64,000 bases of DNA, from the NCBI RefSeq assembly GCF_009914755.1, contig NC_060947.1. One strand, written 5' to 3'. This DNA comes from the human T2T-CHM13v2.0 reference genome, Homo sapiens. This document shows positions 58,534 to 64,000 of the stretch, piece after piece. Positions within the stretch are counted from its first letter, which is position 1. Each line of letters starts with the position of its first letter. Position numbers and translations under genes: made by a program. The notes below the pieces were generated by a model that made no database searches, had not been told where the DNA came from, and saw nothing but the letters and a program-made list of their open reading frames with translations.

Positions 58534-58732
58534 CAGTGGTGTGCTAATAAATGTTTAACAACAAATTGTCTAAAGGACAGAAGCCCTAATTTGTAGCATT
58601 TACCAGTTTTTGTGATGTAAATTCTTCTACTGCGGCCAATTTCAAGCTACAAGATGATGCCAATTAGTCATGAAATTCCTGAAAATTTACCAATTATCTC
58701 CCACTAGCATAGGTGAGTTCCAGCATACCATC
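58534..58732. mobile_element. MER63-like hAT-Blackjack remnant
   Basis: Ends cagtggtgtgcta ... ccagcatacca form imperfect terminal inverted repeats. Confidence 0.6.
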
Positions 58733-58824
58733 AGCTGGGATAGAATGGGATAGAATGGGATAGACGTGGGCTTTTCCACTGAGTCCCAGTCTTCCTGACA
58801 TTTGGGCCAAATCAGAGATGTACT

Positions 58825-58855
<31 letters not shown>

Positions 58856-60109
58856 TTAGAAGCGGTATCCGAGTCTTGGGTCCTTTTGGGTTTGGCCTAC
58901 TGTTACTTACCAGAGGGATATAGATTACTTCACCCTTTGATGGGAAAAAAAAACCTTCTTATCTGCAAATCAGTTTTCAATTTTCCACACTGCCTCTTTT
59001 AATAAAAGCATCCTCTGCAAAAGACTATTGGCAAAATGCCAAGGTCAGTTCTATAAGGGGTGGCATATTAACTCATTGGCACTAATTAATATTACTTAGC
59101 TCTAGTCAGTTACTCTGCTGAGCACAAAGGTCCTGAGGAAATGATACCCAGGAAAACCAAATTTGGATAGGATATGAGGGTAATGGAAAGACAGTAGGGG
59201 ATAGAAGTGACTACAATAAGATCTATATGATTTCAGTATTTCTTCTCTTCAGAAATTCACCACCATCTTCCCAAATGCTTAAGACAGGCACTTGGCGATC
59301 ATCTTTAACTACTCCTTCTCTTTCAAACCTACCACCACTCATCGTCAGTCACCAAGTGCTGTTTATTATATTTCCTAAGTCTCTCGAAAGTCTGTCCACT
59401 TTCTTTTCATTGCCACCTGCACTACACTAATATATGTCACCCTCATCTCATTCCTAATTTCACCTTCCAGCTAGTGTCTCCTCCTTCAGGCTATTTATCC
59501 CACCACCAGCCTATTCTCCACAAAGTAGCTAGAATGATGTTTTTAACATGCAAATCTGATGGCACTCTCTTACCTAAAACACTTCGGGGCTTCCACTTAC
59601 CCTTAGAATAAAAACAGAAAACCCCACCATAGCCTACAAAAGCCTGGCAACGTTAGGTTCTATCTACCTATTCAACTTTACTTTTTACTACAGTCCTTTC
59701 CTGTACACTTTAGTCATACCTTAGGGAGCTTTGCGCATATGTTTCCCTCTGCCTGAACCCCTCTTTCTCTCCCTCCTTTACATCTGCCCTCTGGTGTCTC
59801 TTGATGATGCTTTCTCAGCCTTCAGATTTCATTAGAAAAGTTGCTTTCTCTAGAAAACCCTCAAAGAATATTCATACTAGGTTAGGTCCATCCAGGATAT
59901 GCTCCTAAGCACCCTGCACTTGTCTTTCAGATATTCAAAGAACTTGGTCATTGGTCATCCTTCTCTATCAGGCTGATAGCATGAGAAGAGTTGAAATTAG
60001 TTTGCCTCATTCACTATTTCACCTCTCCACAATCACATAATAAATGACCAGTAGATATTTGTTGAATGAATCAATGAATTAATATTTTTTAGGATCCTAA
60101 TCCAAGCAC

Positions 60110-60668
60110 ATTCAGAGGCTGAAGTGGAAGAATTGCTTGAGCCCAGGAGTTCAAGACCAGCCCAGACAACATAGGGATACTCCATCTTTACAAAAAATAA
60201 TTTTAAAATTAGCTGGGCTGGGCTCAGTGGCTCACACCTATAATCTCAGCACTTCGAGAAGCTGAGGCAGGCATATTACTTGAGGTCAGGAGTTTGGGAC
60301 CAGCCTGACCAACATGATGAACCTTGTCTATACTAAAAATAAAAAAATTAGCCAGGCATGGTGGTGCACCTGTAGTCCCAGTTACTCAAGAGGCTGAAAC
60401 AGGAGAATTGCTTGTACCCAGGATGTGGAAGTTACAGTGAGCTGAGATTGTGCCACTGCACTGCAGCTTGGGTGACAGAGTGAGACTCCATCTCAAAAAA
60501 ATAAGTTAATTAATTAAAATAAAAATTAGCCAGGCATGATGACACATACCTGTAGTCCCAGCTACTTTGGAGGCTGAGGCAAAATGATGCTTAAACTCAG
60601 GATTCAAGGCTGCAGTCAGCTGTGATTGTGCCATTGCACTCCAGCCTGGGTTGTAGAGTGAGAATTTC
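60110..60668 (+). mobile_element. AluJ with an AluS (about 60215-60502) nested in its middle A-rich linker
   Basis: Left-arm remnant, complete Alu, then right arm; aaaattagc repeated at both junctions. Confidence 0.85.
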
Positions 60669-60674
<6 letters not shown>

Positions 60675-60701
<27 letters not shown>

Positions 60702-60725
60702 ATCTGTCTATCTATCCATCTATCA

Positions 60726-60784
<59 letters not shown>

Positions 60785-60788
60785 CTAT
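60675..60788. repeat. Compound (TCTA)n/(TCTG)n tetranucleotide repeat
   Basis: TCTA runs interrupted by TCA, TCTG and TCCA; the longest pure run is about 12 units. Confidence 0.95.
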
Positions 60789-60921
60789 ACTCCTGCTCAC
60801 TTTTAGTTTCCATTTGCATAAAATATCTTTTTATGCGTTATTTCCATTACCTTCACATCCTATCAAAATTTGCTTTTCCTGGGTCTTATTCCCTCAGGAC
60901 CCTTGTGCTCAGCAGAGTAAC

Positions 60922-61212
60922 TGATATATATGTATATCAAAGTACATACAGAGATATCTATATATATATATATATATACATAGAGAGATTTATATCTTTC
61001 TCTCTCTGTACATATATATACATATATGTACATGTATATGATATATAGATCTACAGATAGATATACATATATGTACATGTATATGATATATATCTACAGA
61101 TAGATATACAAATATATACATATATGTATATATATGTACAGAGAGAGACAGAGAGATAGCATATGTCTCACTTTCTCTCTATATATATATAGAGAGAGAC
61201 AGAGAGAGATAG
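60922..61212. repeat. TA/GA-rich complex repeat with inverted and tandem sub-structure
   Basis: (TA)n and (GA)n runs, a perfect 32-bp inverted repeat and a duplication of about 45 bp. Confidence 0.9.
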
Positions 61213-61214
61213 CA

Positions 61215-63075
61215 GGTTAAAAACATATAGATGGCATAAACAAAAAGCAGTAACAACTTCTGGAAATGAGGGACGCACTTAAAGAAATGCAAAATGCACT
61301 GGAAAGTCTCAGAAATAGAATCAAACAAGCAGAAGAAAGAAATTCAGAGCTCAAAGAAAAGGCTTCTGAATTAACCAAATCCAACAAAGAAAAAAGAAAA
61401 AAATAATTAAAATAAATGAACAAAGCCTCCAAGAAGTTTGGGATTATGTTAAATGACCAAATCTAAGAACAATTAGTTTTCCTTAGGAAGAAGAGAAATC
61501 TAAAAGTTTGGAAAACATATTTGAGGAAGTAATCAAGGAAAACTTTCCTGGTCTTGCTAGAGATACAGATATCCAAATACAAGAGCTGAAAAAACACCTG
61601 GGAAATTCATCACAAAAAGGTCATCACCTAGGCACCTATTCATCAGGTTATCTAAAGTCAAGATGAAAGAAAGAATCTTAAAAGCTGTGAGGCAAAACAT
61701 CAGGTAACCTGTAAAAGAAAACATATCAGATTAACAGCAGATTTCTCAGCAGAAATCCTACAAGCTAGAAGGGATTGGAGCCCTCTCTTTAGTCTCCTTA
61801 AACAAAACAATTGTCAGCCAAGAATTTTGTATCCAGTAAAACTAAGCTTCATAAATGAAGGAAAGATACAGTCATTTTTCAGACAAACAAATGCTGCGAG
61901 AATTTGCCACTACAAAGCCAGCACTACAAGAACTGCTAAAAGCAGATGTAAATTTTAAAATAAATCTTTGAAATACCCAAGAATAGAACATTCTTAAAAC
62001 ACAAATCTTACAACACCTACAAAACAATAATACAATAAAAACAACAACAACAAGGTATTCAGGCAACAAATAACACAATGAGTAGAAGAATAGAAGAGTA
62101 CCTCATATCTCAATACTAACGTTGAATGTAAATGACCTAAATGCTCCACTGAAAAGGTACAAAATGACAGACTAGATAAGAATTCACCAACCAAGAATCT
62201 GCTGTCTTCAAGATATTCACCTAACACATAAGGACTCATATAGACTTAAGGTAAAGGGGCAGAAAAAGATATTTCATGCAAATGGAAACCAAGTGTGAGC
62301 AGGCATAGCTAATTTTATGTGAGACAAAAGAAACTTTAAAGCAACAGCCCTTTAAAAAGACAAAGATGGACATTATATAATGATAAAAAGACTTGTCCAA
62401 CAGGAAAAAATCACAATTCTAAATATATATACACCTAACACTCGAGCTTCCTAATATATAAAAGAATTATTACTAGACCTAAGAAATGAGATGGACAGCA
62501 ATACAATAACAGTGAAGGACTTCAATACGCTGGTGGGAATGTAAACTATTACAACCCTATGGAAAACAGTGTGGTGATTTCCTAAGAACTAAAAGTAGAT
62601 CTACCATTTGAGTTAGCAATCTCACTACTGGATATCTACTTAGAGGAAAATAAGTCATTATACCGAAAAGATATTTGCACACACATGTTTATAGCAGCAC
62701 AATTTGCAATTGCAAAAATATAGAACCAGACCAAACACCCTTCAATCGACAAGTAGATAAAGAATTCCTGGATGGAATTGGTGACCATTGTTCTAATTTG
62801 AGTAACTCTGGAATGGAAAACCAAACATCATATATTCTCACTCATAAGTGGTAGATAAGCTATGAGGGTGCAAAGGCATAAGAATGATACAATGGACTTT
62901 GCAGACTTGGAGGAAAGTGTGGAAAGGGGGTTAGAGATAAAAGATCATTAATTGGGTACAGTGTATACTGCTTGGGTGATAGGTCACCAAAATCTCAGAA
63001 ATCACCATTAAAGAACTTATTCATGTAACCAAACATCTCCTGTTTTCCAAACACCTATTGAAATAAAAAATTAAG
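61215..63075 (+). mobile_element. Old L1 (L1PB-like): ORF1 and ORF2 start joined by a large deletion to the 3' end
   Basis: ORF1 remnant (atcagattaacagcagatttctcagcagaa); the endonuclease start jumps at about 62529 to gctggtgggaatgtaaac; L1PB-type 3'UTR. Confidence 0.85.
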
Positions 63076-63434
63076 AAAAGAGTTGTCTTCCTGAACATCA
63101 TTCAGAGGCTAGAAGATACACTTTATCCTATCAGTTCCCTTTCTCTACTAATTGAATGTTGCCTCTGGGACCATTAATTTTCTCTCCATTTCTAAGCTAC
63201 TTTTGAGCAAGCTCTACAGCATCAGAAAAGGCAGTGGGGAAGAATGCAGAAAGATGTTTATTGTGCTCTTGAGGTAGGATATTAGTAGCTTCAGGTGAGT
63301 CAGAGCTGTCCACCACAGCTGCAGGTAGACTCAGAGGTAGCTCAAAAGGATGTGATGTGGGTTCCAAAGGTTTCTGCTCAACTACTGCATTAATTTCTAT
63401 TGATGTGTAAAACAAATTACCTACCATCTTAGCA

Positions 63435-63759
63435 GTTTTGTTTGTTTGTTTGTTTGTTTGTTTGTTTGTTGGAGACAGGGTCTTGCTCTGTCACCCAGGA
63501 TGCAGTGCAGTGGTGCCATCATAGCTGCCTGCAGCCTCAACCTTCTAGTCTCAAGTAATCCTCCCACCTCAGCCTCTGGAGTAGCTAGGGCAACAGGCAC
63601 ATGCCACCATGCCAAGCTAATTTTTTAAAAGAAAAAAATTAGTAGTGAGGAGGTTTTGCTATGTTGGTGAAACTCATTTCAAACTCCTTAGCTTAAATGA
63701 CCTTCCTGCCTCAGCCTCCCAAGTGCTGAGATCACAGGTGTGAGCCACAGCACCTGTCC
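63435..63759 (-). mobile_element. AluJ with (TTTG)n tail inside an MLT1-like LTR (about 63390-64000)
   Basis: Antisense Alu; flanks aaacaaattacc...aatttagtagtttaaaacaa...cagttctgtatgtcagaaatctag resemble MLT1. Confidence 0.85.
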
Positions 63760-64000
63760 AAATTTAGTAGTTTAAAACAAAACTCATTTATTAACTTGCA
63801 GTTCTGTATGTCAGAAATCTAGATGGGTTTAGCTGAGTTCTTTGCTTAAAGTTTTACAATGCTCAAATCAAGATGTCAACCAGGCTGGCCTCCAATCTGA
63901 AGGCTCTGAGGAAGAATCCACTTTCAAAATCATTCAGATTACTGGCAGAATTCAATTTCTTATGGTTATAAGACTGAGGTACCTATTTCATTGCTAGCGT

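Noticed and set aside
58736-58764. (GGGATAGAAT)x3 mini-repeat
   Set aside because: Short local slippage duplication with no further structure.

Overview
Repeat-dense human genomic DNA; an AluYa5 marks it as human and the gene content matches Xq11-q12. It has three non-repeat genic elements. (1) The CpG-island promoter and first coding exon of MTMR8 on the minus strand (MDHITVPK, then a GTAAGG donor); everything to its left is intron 1. (2) An intronless profilin-family reading frame at 24922-25383, intact except for one in-frame TGA at a conserved Arg (probably PFN5P). (3) A full-length processed pseudogene of p66 SHC1 (SHC1P1) with poly(A) and a perfect 17-bp TSD, inserted in a MER4A provirus that itself landed at the 3' end of an AluJ. 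The rest is L1, Alu, MaLR, ERV1 LTR, L2, MIR and hAT DNA-transposon remnants. The best candidates for new biology are the one-stop profilin, whose reconstructed protein naturally has Glu at the PFN1 H119 actin-binding position, a CH2-domain-only ORF in the SHC1 retrocopy, and a young L1 with a short candidate 3' transduction. No prokaryotic-type system (CRISPR, retron, operon) is supported. All repeat subfamily names come from recalled consensus sequences, not a database search.
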